DNA from: Candidatus Woesebacteria bacterium RIFCSPLOWO2_01_FULL_39_61
Lineage (GTDB): Bacteria; Patescibacteriota; Microgenomatia; UBA8517
DNA: 62,182 bases
Reading direction: 5' to 3'
NCBI GenBank assembly: GCA_001793155.1
Contig: MGHI01000029.1
Span: 1 to 62,182 of the forward strand
Made by a program: the position numbers and the translations under genes. Of this stretch, positions 38,565-47,137 are shown one piece after another (the first letter of the stretch is position 1; every line of letters starts with the position of its first letter). The notes beneath the pieces are model-generated. The model did no database searches. It was not told the DNA's origin and saw only the letters and a list, made by a program, of their open reading frames with translations.

Positions 38565-39110
38565 TTAACTTAAAAGTCTTTTACCGACCCTTATCGAATT
38601 AACCTTTCTTTCAATAACTTCCTCTAAAACTAAATCGGGATTATTCATTTCTTTACCTTTTGGCCAAAAGCCTAATGAGACCAGCACTTTATAAATGAAA
38701 TCTGCTCTTAATTTTCCTAATTTGACACCGCACCTTAATTTATCAATATACGAAAGAGTGATCTCATAAACATCATTGTGTCTTTCTCCCTCGTGTAAAA
38801 CTCGTCCCAAAACTTCCATAAAAAAATAAGCAACGGCTACCTTTTTCAAATTCGCTCTTATACTATTGAAAGAATCTATAATTTCAACCTCCGTAATTAA
38901 GGCGAGTCCTTTTGTCTGGGAAGCTGAAAACCTAATGCGACTAAAAATCTCAAGCGATCCTCGTTTTTTACTAATGGGTTTTCTTACTCCCTTAGCCAAA
39001 ATATGAAGTTTACCCCAGTTCCTGGTCAGAAGAATGATAATTCTATCTGCCTCTGAGTAATTTTTTTTGGCTAATACGATTCCTTCTGAAGAATAATACT
39101 TTACTCTCAC
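38565..39110 (-). CDS. recO: DNA repair protein RecO (short form)
   Basis: EGIVL..KNYSEADRII, GKLHILAKGVRK..SK. Confidence 0.9.
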   Translation of the reverse strand: MRVKYYSSEGIVLAKKNYSEADRIIILLTRNWGKLHILAKGVRKPISKKRGSLEIFSRIRFSASQTKGLALITEVEIIDSFNSIRANLKKVAVAYFFMEVLGRVLHEGERHNDVYEITLSYIDKLRCGVKLGKLRADFIYKVLVSLGFWPKGKEMNNPDLVLEEVIERKVNSIRVGKRLLS

Positions 39111-39128
39111 TTTTTATTTTTACCTATA

Positions 39129-41174
39129 CTATTTGACTTTAAATTTAAACTCTTTATCTGCCTCCAGGTAAAAGTCTTCTTTCTTTTTCCCGAAACTTAT
39201 TTCGTGAAGAATTTTATCTTTACCGGGTTGTTTCTGGATTAAAAGTTTATATTCATTACTTGTCTTTAACGGTAACTTATATCTTACGGTGAGTTTTACT
39301 ACTCCTTTGGGACGCAGTTTAAAAAATCCGGCAAAGACCGTCTTTCCGAGATCATCATAAGGATCAATCTTTTCCTCCGCCCCGTCAAAAGAAATTAGTT
39401 GACTTCCTTTGGGCACGTAAATTCTCACCCAATTAGGTAGTACAGAATTCAGCCAACCGTCATAATCTTCAGGATTTTTATAAGTTATCGTCAAAGTCTT
39501 CTCGATAGATTTATCCTTGTTCACTTTTATTTCTTGGTTAACTTCCTGGGTAACATAAAGGTTGGACTTCCTCCCTCCCAGATTTGCATCATTTATATGC
39601 AAATAATCCCCTTCAAATTCGTCTAATGTTCCCGCAATACCGAATGTCTCGACGCTTTTTTGAGTATTTTTATCAACCAGATAAAAAAGTACGTGTTTTT
39701 CACTAAGAGATTTAAAAATTGCTTCGAAGAGTGCCGGAATTTTTTCCTTGGGTTGCCCCAAAGTATTTGCCAAAACAGAATTCATTAAGGGACCTATTAT
39801 CTTTTTACGGTTATCATAGTTTGCCGGAGCAAAGACTATTTTGCCTGGCTCGTTCTCACTCCAAACAATCGGGCCCTCAACATCGGCAAAGCTTTCTAAC
39901 TCATAGATTACTTGAGGACACTCACACTCGGGAACTATTTTGGTACTGAATTCCCCATAGCCCGAAACACCGATGGGGCCAATGACGTCCAGCAAATTTA
40001 CAAGAAGTTGTGTGTCGACTGCGATTATTCCGTCTACGTTTTTAATATTTACTTTTTCAACCTCCCCAAGAAACACTTTCATGGATTCCGAAAAGTCCGG
40101 CGACCAATTCAAATCTCTCAGCCAAACACGCTTGGATAGCGAATATGGACCTTTCAGATACTTTACAAAGGGGTCAGGTGCAGTAATTATGGGTTTATAT
40201 CCTTTGTCTAAATCATATATGTCGCTTGATGCTCCTGGTTCAAATTTTCCGTTCCTCACGGTTGCCAGTGTATAGGCTGTAATAAACCCACCGGTAGGCC
40301 TCAACTCTTTATCATTTTGGAAAAGAACCAAATATTTTCTGTCATTCTTTATTCCCAGAAGATAAGGAGAGGCTTCCAAAAGGGGCTTGCCGTTCTCAAT
40401 TAATTTAGACCCAGTTTCGACTGCGTCAAGACCTTTTTCTATAACCGATCGTACCTCGTGACCGGCAAGGGTTTCTGGATATCTGGCAGGATCGATATTT
40501 TCTAATTCGGTTTTCACTTTAATAGTTTTTTCAACCAGAACACCGGCGCGGGGTATGACATCGGGAATTGTTTTTATAACAAATTCAAGCCTGTCTTGAG
40601 CTGTTTCTTGCCCTGATACTGCCTGATCTCCTCCGTCAAAACCAATTATGTCGGCGTAAGGTTCTATGATTTGAACTACCGTATCACCTGCTTCAAGGCC
40701 GTAGTTGGCAGCATTTATTGCATGTTCGCCATCACTTATAAACCCGCCGATAAAGGGTGTAAACTTCAGCCAAGAAATACCTTTATATGAATTTTTAAGA
40801 TCGCCAACGGATTTTTTTGTTTCCTCAATTCCGGTTTTGATTTTTCCGATATTTTGTTCCTTCCCCGCGGCAACTAAGTTCTCAGCTACTTTCCTGGTCT
40901 TCATTGCCTGGAAATAAACCCTGTAAAAAAGAATTCCTGTAACAACTAAGAAAATAACCAGAAAAACTCCTACTCCCGATAAAATTTTAATAATTCTCTT
41001 TTTTCTTTTTGTCATAGGTATTTTCGGCTGAGATGTTTTTTGTCTATTTCCACCTTCCGATTCTATAAGTTTTATCTTTGGTACTAAAATTGTTCCGGAA
41101 GATTTATCCATTAAATTTGCCGGTGATTCTAGCTTGGACTCACTAAAAGTAATAGGTTTTAATTTTGGCTCCAT
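39129..41174 (-). CDS. DUF4012-like membrane-anchored protein
   Basis: YLVLFQNDKELRPTGGFI, RDLNWSPDF, DGIIAVD, NLGGRKSN; one N-terminal TM. Confidence 0.85.
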   Translation of the reverse strand: MEPKLKPITFSESKLESPANLMDKSSGTILVPKIKLIESEGGNRQKTSQPKIPMTKRKKRIIKILSGVGVFLVIFLVVTGILFYRVYFQAMKTRKVAENLVAAGKEQNIGKIKTGIEETKKSVGDLKNSYKGISWLKFTPFIGGFISDGEHAINAANYGLEAGDTVVQIIEPYADIIGFDGGDQAVSGQETAQDRLEFVIKTIPDVIPRAGVLVEKTIKVKTELENIDPARYPETLAGHEVRSVIEKGLDAVETGSKLIENGKPLLEASPYLLGIKNDRKYLVLFQNDKELRPTGGFITAYTLATVRNGKFEPGASSDIYDLDKGYKPIITAPDPFVKYLKGPYSLSKRVWLRDLNWSPDFSESMKVFLGEVEKVNIKNVDGIIAVDTQLLVNLLDVIGPIGVSGYGEFSTKIVPECECPQVIYELESFADVEGPIVWSENEPGKIVFAPANYDNRKKIIGPLMNSVLANTLGQPKEKIPALFEAIFKSLSEKHVLFYLVDKNTQKSVETFGIAGTLDEFEGDYLHINDANLGGRKSNLYVTQEVNQEIKVNKDKSIEKTLTITYKNPEDYDGWLNSVLPNWVRIYVPKGSQLISFDGAEEKIDPYDDLGKTVFAGFFKLRPKGVVKLTVRYKLPLKTSNEYKLLIQKQPGKDKILHEISFGKKKEDFYLEADKEFKFKVK

Positions 41175-41216
41175 AGTAAAGATGATACAACAAGTCGGAT
41201 GGTTTATGAAAACTTT

Positions 41217-41870
41217 TTACACCGCACCTTTTCCTGATATCATTGCCCAAGGAGTTTTCAATAGAACGAGTAAATCAAGAAGTACTGATTTCTTTCTTGC
41301 ATAATAAGCATCCATCTCGATTCTTCTGTCAAAATTAACTTCGCTTCTTCCCGTTACCTGCCAAAATCCGGTAATTCCGGGCTTAACTGTCAACATTTCC
41401 TTTATATGTTTTTCAGTACCCGGATACTTTTTCTTCTGCTCCTTGATTTCCTCCGGTAAATAAGGTCGTGGACCAACAATACTCATTTCCCCTCTTAAAA
41501 CATTTATTAATTGAGGTATCTCGTCAATAGAATGTTTCCTGATAAATTTACCTACTTTAGTAACCCGAGGATCATTCATAACCTTATAGTTACCTCCAGT
41601 GCGTTTTTCGATATAAACACCGTGAAACCGCGGATCAGTTCTTTCCAGAACATCCGCTTTAACCATCATTGAACGGAATTTATAGAGCCTGAAAAGTTTA
41701 CCTCCTTTACCCAATCTTTTCATATGCAGATTCGTCTTCTCCACAAATATCGGGCCAGGTGAGGTAACTGCGATAAGAAGTGCGGTAATGAATATTACAG
41801 GAGAAAAAATAAGAAGAAGAAGAATCGCTCCAACAAAATCTATTAATCTTTTAACTACCGTATAAAACAT
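41217..41870 (-). CDS. Initiating undecaprenyl-phosphate sugar-phosphotransferase (WbaP/WcaJ C-terminal type)
   Basis: KRLIDF, LYKFRSM, DPRVTKVGKFIRKHSIDEIPQ, SIVGPRP, KPGITG. Confidence 0.95.
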   Translation of the reverse strand: MFYTVVKRLIDFVGAILLLLIFSPVIFITALLIAVTSPGPIFVEKTNLHMKRLGKGGKLFRLYKFRSMMVKADVLERTDPRFHGVYIEKRTGGNYKVMNDPRVTKVGKFIRKHSIDEIPQLINVLRGEMSIVGPRPYLPEEIKEQKKKYPGTEKHIKEMLTVKPGITGFWQVTGRSEVNFDRRIEMDAYYARKKSVLLDLLVLLKTPWAMISGKGAV

Positions 41871-41903
41871 ATCCGGGCAGGGAATTATACTACAAAATGC
41901 TAG

Positions 41904-42992
41904 TTACTCAGTATACTCCTTAAAATAATGCTCTAATTTCTCGTATAAATCTTTAACTTGTTGTGTTTGGTCAAGCCTACAAACCAAAAGACCGTCAGTT
42001 GTGTCAACAACAGCAATATTTGAAAGTCCAATCACACCAACCATCTTACCCTTTGGTCCTATTATCAAGTTATTCTCCGAATCTATGAATTGTGTATCCA
42101 CCCCACCCTCGATAATTGTTTTTTGCTTAGGTGTAATAAGTGATCTATAAAATGTTTCCCAAGAAATACCAATATCTTCCCACCCCATATCGGCAGCGAT
42201 AGTGGCTCTAACTTTACTTGGCAATTTTTCAAATATTCCATATTCAATCGAATCTTTCTTAAAATTATGATATTCTTTAATCAAAACCGACTCCTGTTTA
42301 CTTGTTCCCCAAGAATCGACTATCTTCATCAATCCTTCATACATTGCGGGTTGGAACTGCTTATAATATCCTAGCATCAAATCTGTCTTCCAAACTCTAT
42401 ATCCGGTATTTATTAAATAACCTCCTTCTTTGAATAACTTTTGAGCTAAGGGTAATTTGGGTTTTTCTATATGCTTCTCTATCTCTACAATTTTAAATCC
42501 ATTTATTTCGTCAAGTGTCTTACCTAATTTTACCCACCCGTTATGTACGCTAGGAAATTCAGGTTTCGAGTCAACAGAAACAATTAAACCGCTTTTTTCA
42601 GCAAATTCACCAGCGGCGATAACTGCGTTTAAAAATACAGACTCCCTTGCAATGAGGTGTTTAGCCCAAGAAATAAGAACCGTTTCCCCAGGATAATATT
42701 TATTAACTATAGCTGTAGCCAAACCACATGCGGCCAAAATGTCTTTTCTTTCCGGTTCGGCAATAATATTATTTCGGGGTACTTCAGGCACTTGTCTTCT
42801 AACATAGTGTACATATATATCCTCGGTAGAAATGAATATGTCTTCAGGACTGTATTCTTTCCTATATCTTGCATAAGTCATTTGGAAAAAAGATTTTCCT
42901 TTTACAAGAGGTACGAAAGGTTTTGGAAAGGACTTTCTGCTAATTGGCCAGAGCCGTGTTCCATGTCCTCCGACAAAAATCACGATTTTCAT
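41904..42992 (-). CDS. manC: Mannose-1-phosphate guanylyltransferase-like nucleotidyltransferase
   Basis: GGHGTRLWPISRKSFPKPF, EPERK, EKP, SIEYG, WEDIG, VDTTDGLLV. Confidence 0.85.
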   Translation of the reverse strand: MKIVIFVGGHGTRLWPISRKSFPKPFVPLVKGKSFFQMTYARYRKEYSPEDIFISTEDIYVHYVRRQVPEVPRNNIIAEPERKDILAACGLATAIVNKYYPGETVLISWAKHLIARESVFLNAVIAAGEFAEKSGLIVSVDSKPEFPSVHNGWVKLGKTLDEINGFKIVEIEKHIEKPKLPLAQKLFKEGGYLINTGYRVWKTDLMLGYYKQFQPAMYEGLMKIVDSWGTSKQESVLIKEYHNFKKDSIEYGIFEKLPSKVRATIAADMGWEDIGISWETFYRSLITPKQKTIIEGGVDTQFIDSENNLIIGPKGKMVGVIGLSNIAVVDTTDGLLVCRLDQTQQVKDLYEKLEHYFKEYTE

Positions 42993-43038
42993 AATTATAT
43001 TTTCTAATATCTAGTGTGAAAAAGTGTAGCAGAAATAA

Positions 43039-44175
43039 TTATAGATGGCTACTCATATTCTTTTCAACTAAATTTTCAAATTCTTTCTTGAACCTTTCTT
43101 TGGAAAACCTTTGCGCATTTTTAACACATTCTTGGCTCATTTCACTTCGTTGATTCGAATCATCATAGTATTTAAGAGCTTTTATTAAACTTTCTTTTGT
43201 TTGCATACTGAAAAAAGTACCAGTTTTTCCTTCAATTACAGTATCCAGTGCGCCTCCTTTCTTGTAAGCAATCACCGGACAACCCATTGCTTGAGCTTCG
43301 ACCGCAACCATTCCGAAATCTTCTGCTTGAGGAAATATCAGAGCTTTTGCGTTTATGTAATAACCCACCAAGTCCTCATCCCCAACCAGCCCAAAAAACC
43401 TTATATTTTCTTTGGCCTGTGACTTTAATCTTTTCTCTTCACTCCCAATTCCTACTATAATCAGAGGCAACCTCAGTTCATTAAAAGCTTCAACGGCCAA
43501 ATCAACTCTTTTGTAGGGTACTAACCTGCTGACAATTAAGTAGTAATTTTTACGATCGTAGGCTGAATTCATTTTTAATTTTTGATTTGTATTTTTGATA
43601 TTTGATATTTGATTTTTGATAGTATTAACGTCTACAGGGGGATAGATCAATTCAGATTCTCTCTCGTAATATTTTTTAATCCTATTTTGAACCTCAGTCG
43701 AAATACCAACCATTACATCCGGTCTTTGCGCGGCAATTTTGTCCCAGTATCTTAAATAACTTACGACGGGTTTTGTTACTTGCAAGGACGGACCTTTAAA
43801 GTAGGAGTTATAGTGACTCCAAAGATACCGAGTTGGCGTAAGACAATAACAAATATGCAAAGTTGGCGGTTTGGTAATTACTCCTTTTGCAGCTTCAGAA
43901 GTAACTGAAATAACAAGGTCGTAACCTGTGAAATCAAACGTCTCAAAAGCAATCGGCATTAAATACGGAATTAATTGATTTCTTGTTCTAAGATACTTGA
44001 TTTTATTCAAAAAGCTCGTTGTAACTTCTGAAAAACTTGCTGCCCAAGTGGCTTTTTCTGGAGAGTAAACTGAAGTGAATAAAGGTGCATCAGGAAACAT
44101 TTCATGGAGCGCCAAAAGTACTCTTTCCGCTCCGCCCCACTTATTCACCCTGTCGTAAACAATTGCTGTTTTCAT
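43039..44175 (-). CDS. GT4 glycosyltransferase
   Basis: GGAERVL, CLTPTRYLW, VSRLVPYKR, EDFGMVAVEAQAMG. Confidence 0.95.
   Translation of the reverse strand: MKTAIVYDRVNKWGGAERVLLALHEMFPDAPLFTSVYSPEKATWAASFSEVTTSFLNKIKYLRTRNQLIPYLMPIAFETFDFTGYDLVISVTSEAAKGVITKPPTLHICYCLTPTRYLWSHYNSYFKGPSLQVTKPVVSYLRYWDKIAAQRPDVMVGISTEVQNRIKKYYERESELIYPPVDVNTIKNQISNIKNTNQKLKMNSAYDRKNYYLIVSRLVPYKRVDLAVEAFNELRLPLIIVGIGSEEKRLKSQAKENIRFFGLVGDEDLVGYYINAKALIFPQAEDFGMVAVEAQAMGCPVIAYKKGGALDTVIEGKTGTFFSMQTKESLIKALKYYDDSNQRSEMSQECVKNAQRFSKERFKKEFENLVEKNMSSHL
43571..43620 (-). repeat. Degenerate heptamer tandem repeat read in frame in a GT4
   Basis: Minus strand ATCAAAA-ATCAAAT-ATCAAAT-ATCAAAA-ATACAAA-TCAAAAA-TTAAAAAT; encodes IKNQISNIKNTNQKLK. 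Confidence 0.75.
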
Positions 44176-44729
44176 CTAAATAATTCAGGAGCTTTAAGCT
44201 GAGCAAGTTTTATGAAAGTTATTGTATCTGAAGCTTTAATCTCCCCACTTCTTATCTTCTCATCCACCCGCTTTACAGGTATACGTAAAACCTGTAAATC
44301 TTCGTTTTCGTCAAACCTTTGTGTATGTCTGATATCAATATCTCTTGCTAGGTACCCGTAAACTTTAAAAGTATCTTTTGATGGTTCTCCATAAATAGTT
44401 CCCAGATGAAATAATTGTTTTACGTGATATCCAGTTTCCTCTTCTAATTCATTTTTTGCCACCTCTTCCGGATTATGTCCAGTTTTAATTCTTCCGGCAG
44501 GTAGTTCGATAATGATATCTCCTGCTCCGTGCTTATATTGCCTAACGAAAACTATTTCTCCCTTCTTTGTTATGGGAACTATCATTGCCACGTCACCGAC
44601 TTTGGAAAGAAAATAATCATCAACTATCCTTCCGTTTGGGAGTTTAACTTTGTGTTTGAAAAGCGGAAACCAAGGGCTCGGGGAAATATCTATCTCTTCC
44701 AACAGTTTCCATTTTTTAATTTTTCTCAT
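44172..44729 (-). CDS. NUDIX hydrolase (ADP-ribose/NDP-sugar pyrophosphatase-like)
   Basis: RQYK, Nudix box ELPAG-x5-E-x7-ELEEETGY, FDENED. Confidence 0.93.
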   Translation of the reverse strand: MRKIKKWKLLEEIDISPSPWFPLFKHKVKLPNGRIVDDYFLSKVGDVAMIVPITKKGEIVFVRQYKHGAGDIIIELPAGRIKTGHNPEEVAKNELEEETGYHVKQLFHLGTIYGEPSKDTFKVYGYLARDIDIRHTQRFDENEDLQVLRIPVKRVDEKIRSGEIKASDTITFIKLAQLKAPELFR

Positions 44730-45627
44730 TATTTAATTTTCTCACTACTCCATTATCGGCATCAACTTCAACCAAATCCCCGTTCTTAAAAAATTCAGTT
44801 GCAATCTGTGTTCCTACAATGCAGGGAATTCCTAATTCACGGGCTAAAATTGCCGCGTGACTGAGCATTCCCCCCTGATCGGTAACGATAGCGCTTATTT
44901 TGGGTAGCAAAGTAGTAATCATTGGTGACGTCATTTTCGTAACGAGGATACAACTTTCGCTGATTTTGTTTACAGTATTCATATCGGATATTAAAGCGAC
45001 TTTACCCAAGGCCTTACCCTTACTTGCGGAGATTCCACGGATACTTTCGGGGCTGGTTTGTTTTATTAATTTGCTGGCCTTTTTGGCAGCATAATATTTA
45101 TCAAGAAGTTCTCGAAATTCATTCAGAGTGTTCTCTTCCTTCTTTAGAGACAGAGCCCTAATCATATCTTTAATGTAGTATATGTCTTTATCCAGCCTTT
45201 CTACCCCGAACCCTTCGCGCGTACTTAACGAGAGAAGTTTTTCAAATTCCCTGATCGCTCCAGTCGGTTTTTGAACTCTTATTTTTATTCCATTAGGAAG
45301 TTTATATAAAAGATATTTACCGTCTTTGGCTTCATAATCCATCTCTTCGGCGAGATTAATATCAAAATCGAATCCGGTTTTTTCGATAAATTCTTCAAAA
45401 CTATTTCTGTAGACGGTTCCATGGGGCGGATGTATTTCTACCCCCTCCTCTATTTTCCAGGGAATTTTCATTTTCCTAACCAGAATATTGAAATGACCGT
45501 ATCTTATTTTGACCCGATAGCCTAAAAGTTTATAGGCATATTGGGAAACCAGAATCCAGTCAGTCGGATGTATTCTCCAGCTTTGCAAAAGTTTTTCCAG
45601 TTCTACTAAAACATTTTCAACTTTCAT
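44716..45627 (-). CDS. Unknown N-terminal domain fused to a PEP-utiliser phospho-histidine swivel domain
   Basis: C-terminal ~100 aa: GISASKG, ILVTKMT, TDQGGMLSHAAILARELGIPCIVG, VDADNG; N-terminal ~190 aa unrecognised. Confidence 0.85.
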   Translation of the reverse strand: MKVENVLVELEKLLQSWRIHPTDWILVSQYAYKLLGYRVKIRYGHFNILVRKMKIPWKIEEGVEIHPPHGTVYRNSFEEFIEKTGFDFDINLAEEMDYEAKDGKYLLYKLPNGIKIRVQKPTGAIREFEKLLSLSTREGFGVERLDKDIYYIKDMIRALSLKKEENTLNEFRELLDKYYAAKKASKLIKQTSPESIRGISASKGKALGKVALISDMNTVNKISESCILVTKMTSPMITTLLPKISAIVTDQGGMLSHAAILARELGIPCIVGTQIATEFFKNGDLVEVDADNGVVRKLNNEKN

Positions 45628-47074
45628 TCTTGTTTAATTTCCTAGCAATACCCTCATATGCATTTAATTCTACTAAGTCTCCATCTTTAAATACCTTTGT
45701 AGCAATCTTTGTTCCAACAATACAGGGTTTACCAAACTCCCTCGATATTATCGCTGCGTGCGAAAGCATGCCTCCAAAATCGGTAATAATTCCTGAAGCC
45801 TTAATAATCGCGGGAGTAAACTCTGGTCTTGTCATCGGAGAAACGATGATATCGCCTATTCTGACTTTTTTAACTTCATTAACATAAAATATTATTTTGG
45901 CCTTACCAGTTGCTCTCCCCCTACTTGCTACTGTCCCTTGGACAGCTGTTTCTTTAATTACTTTTTCTTTTGTTTTCTCAACATTTAATCCTGAATATAG
46001 TTGTAGTTTTCCGTTTTCTAAAATTAACGCGTAATCTTCTTTACGTCGCTTAATTTCCCTTTTGTCGACCTCCTCAAGCCCCTTCAATATTCGTTGAATT
46101 TCATCCCCAGTTAAATAAACTAAATCATTCACAGCAATATTAACTCTTCTCGCAATTTCACTAAGTAAAGGAAAGGTTTTGTAATGTGCCAAGAAAAATA
46201 CATCGAGTCTATATGTTTGCAAGTAAATAAACTCCCGTGCAAAATCTATTAGCCTTAAAACTTTCGCTGATTTCTCTATCTTATTATATGCGAGTCGAAA
46301 ATCCTTTCTAGTCCTTTTTAAAATCTTCTCTCGCTCTTTTAGTCTTTTACCAGGATCTTCCTTAACTAAATCATCAACTTTTTGTCTAACATCTCCCTCT
46401 GTTTGAAAGTCTCCTAAATATGAAATTGAACTCATCCAAGCATATTGTTTTAAATGTTTTTGAATCGCACCAGCGATGTCATTATTTTTATTTCTTTGCA
46501 ACTCCAATGCCATTTTCAAAAGGCTTTCAGTTTCTTTTACAAAGAAGTTCTTCTTTTTGGGAATAACTAATTTGCTTAGTAAAATATCTTGGTCTTCCCC
46601 TTTAGCTATACCCAGCTCGCTGACGAAAAGTTGGGTTATTTCCTTTTTAAGAATGCCATCTAAAACGAGTATTGTATCAAGGAAGGGAATTAGAGCTAAA
46701 ACCCTTTTTTGATAATCTAGATACAAAGAAAGCAAATCTTCATTCGAGGCAAGAGTAAAACTCCCGCTGCCAAGCTTTTTAGAAGTTTCTAAAAGTTGGT
46801 TAGAAAACTTGTAACAACGAGAGGTGTACTTTTCGAGATAATCTGTGTTATATCGAAGTTTATTTCTAAGAATACTCTCAATCTTTTCTGTCTCATTTAG
46901 TTCAATCGATATTTCACCTGAAACAATTTTTTTATTTTTGTAAGTAAATTCTAAACCTAATGCACGAGGAGTTTCTTCTAAGCTGCCCTTAATCCAATAC
47001 CACTGAAATAGAAGTGAGCCTTTAATTTTCACAATCGGCTGCCAACGAATTTTTCGGTTTAACATAAAATGCAC
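45617..47074 (-). CDS. Large helical domain fused to a PEP-utiliser phospho-histidine swivel domain
   Basis: C-terminal GTVASRG, VSPMTRPE, TDFGGMLSHAAIISREFGKPCIVG; no ATP-grasp or TIM-barrel motifs recognised. Confidence 0.85.
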   Translation of the reverse strand: MHFMLNRKIRWQPIVKIKGSLLFQWYWIKGSLEETPRALGLEFTYKNKKIVSGEISIELNETEKIESILRNKLRYNTDYLEKYTSRCYKFSNQLLETSKKLGSGSFTLASNEDLLSLYLDYQKRVLALIPFLDTILVLDGILKKEITQLFVSELGIAKGEDQDILLSKLVIPKKKNFFVKETESLLKMALELQRNKNNDIAGAIQKHLKQYAWMSSISYLGDFQTEGDVRQKVDDLVKEDPGKRLKEREKILKRTRKDFRLAYNKIEKSAKVLRLIDFAREFIYLQTYRLDVFFLAHYKTFPLLSEIARRVNIAVNDLVYLTGDEIQRILKGLEEVDKREIKRRKEDYALILENGKLQLYSGLNVEKTKEKVIKETAVQGTVASRGRATGKAKIIFYVNEVKKVRIGDIIVSPMTRPEFTPAIIKASGIITDFGGMLSHAAIISREFGKPCIVGTKIATKVFKDGDLVELNAYEGIARKLNKNES

Positions 47075-47097
47075 ATATCTATTAAGGTAACAGGCAC

Positions 47098-47132
47098 GAA
47101 GCTATTCCACCCGTCGGGTGGAATACATTCAC
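47098..47132 (+). mobile_element. Isolated hairpin resembling an IS200/IS605 terminal palindrome
   Basis: GAAGC-TATTCCACCCG-T-CGGGTGGAATA-CATTCAC; the 11-bp arms are perfect. Family resemblance is from recall of IS605-type ends. Confidence 0.5.
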
Positions 47133-47137
47133 ACCTT

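Noticed and set aside
44716-47074. A single frameshifted PEP synthase pseudogene
   Set aside because: Each ORF carries its own complete His-swivel domain at the C-terminus, so they cannot be halves of one enzyme.
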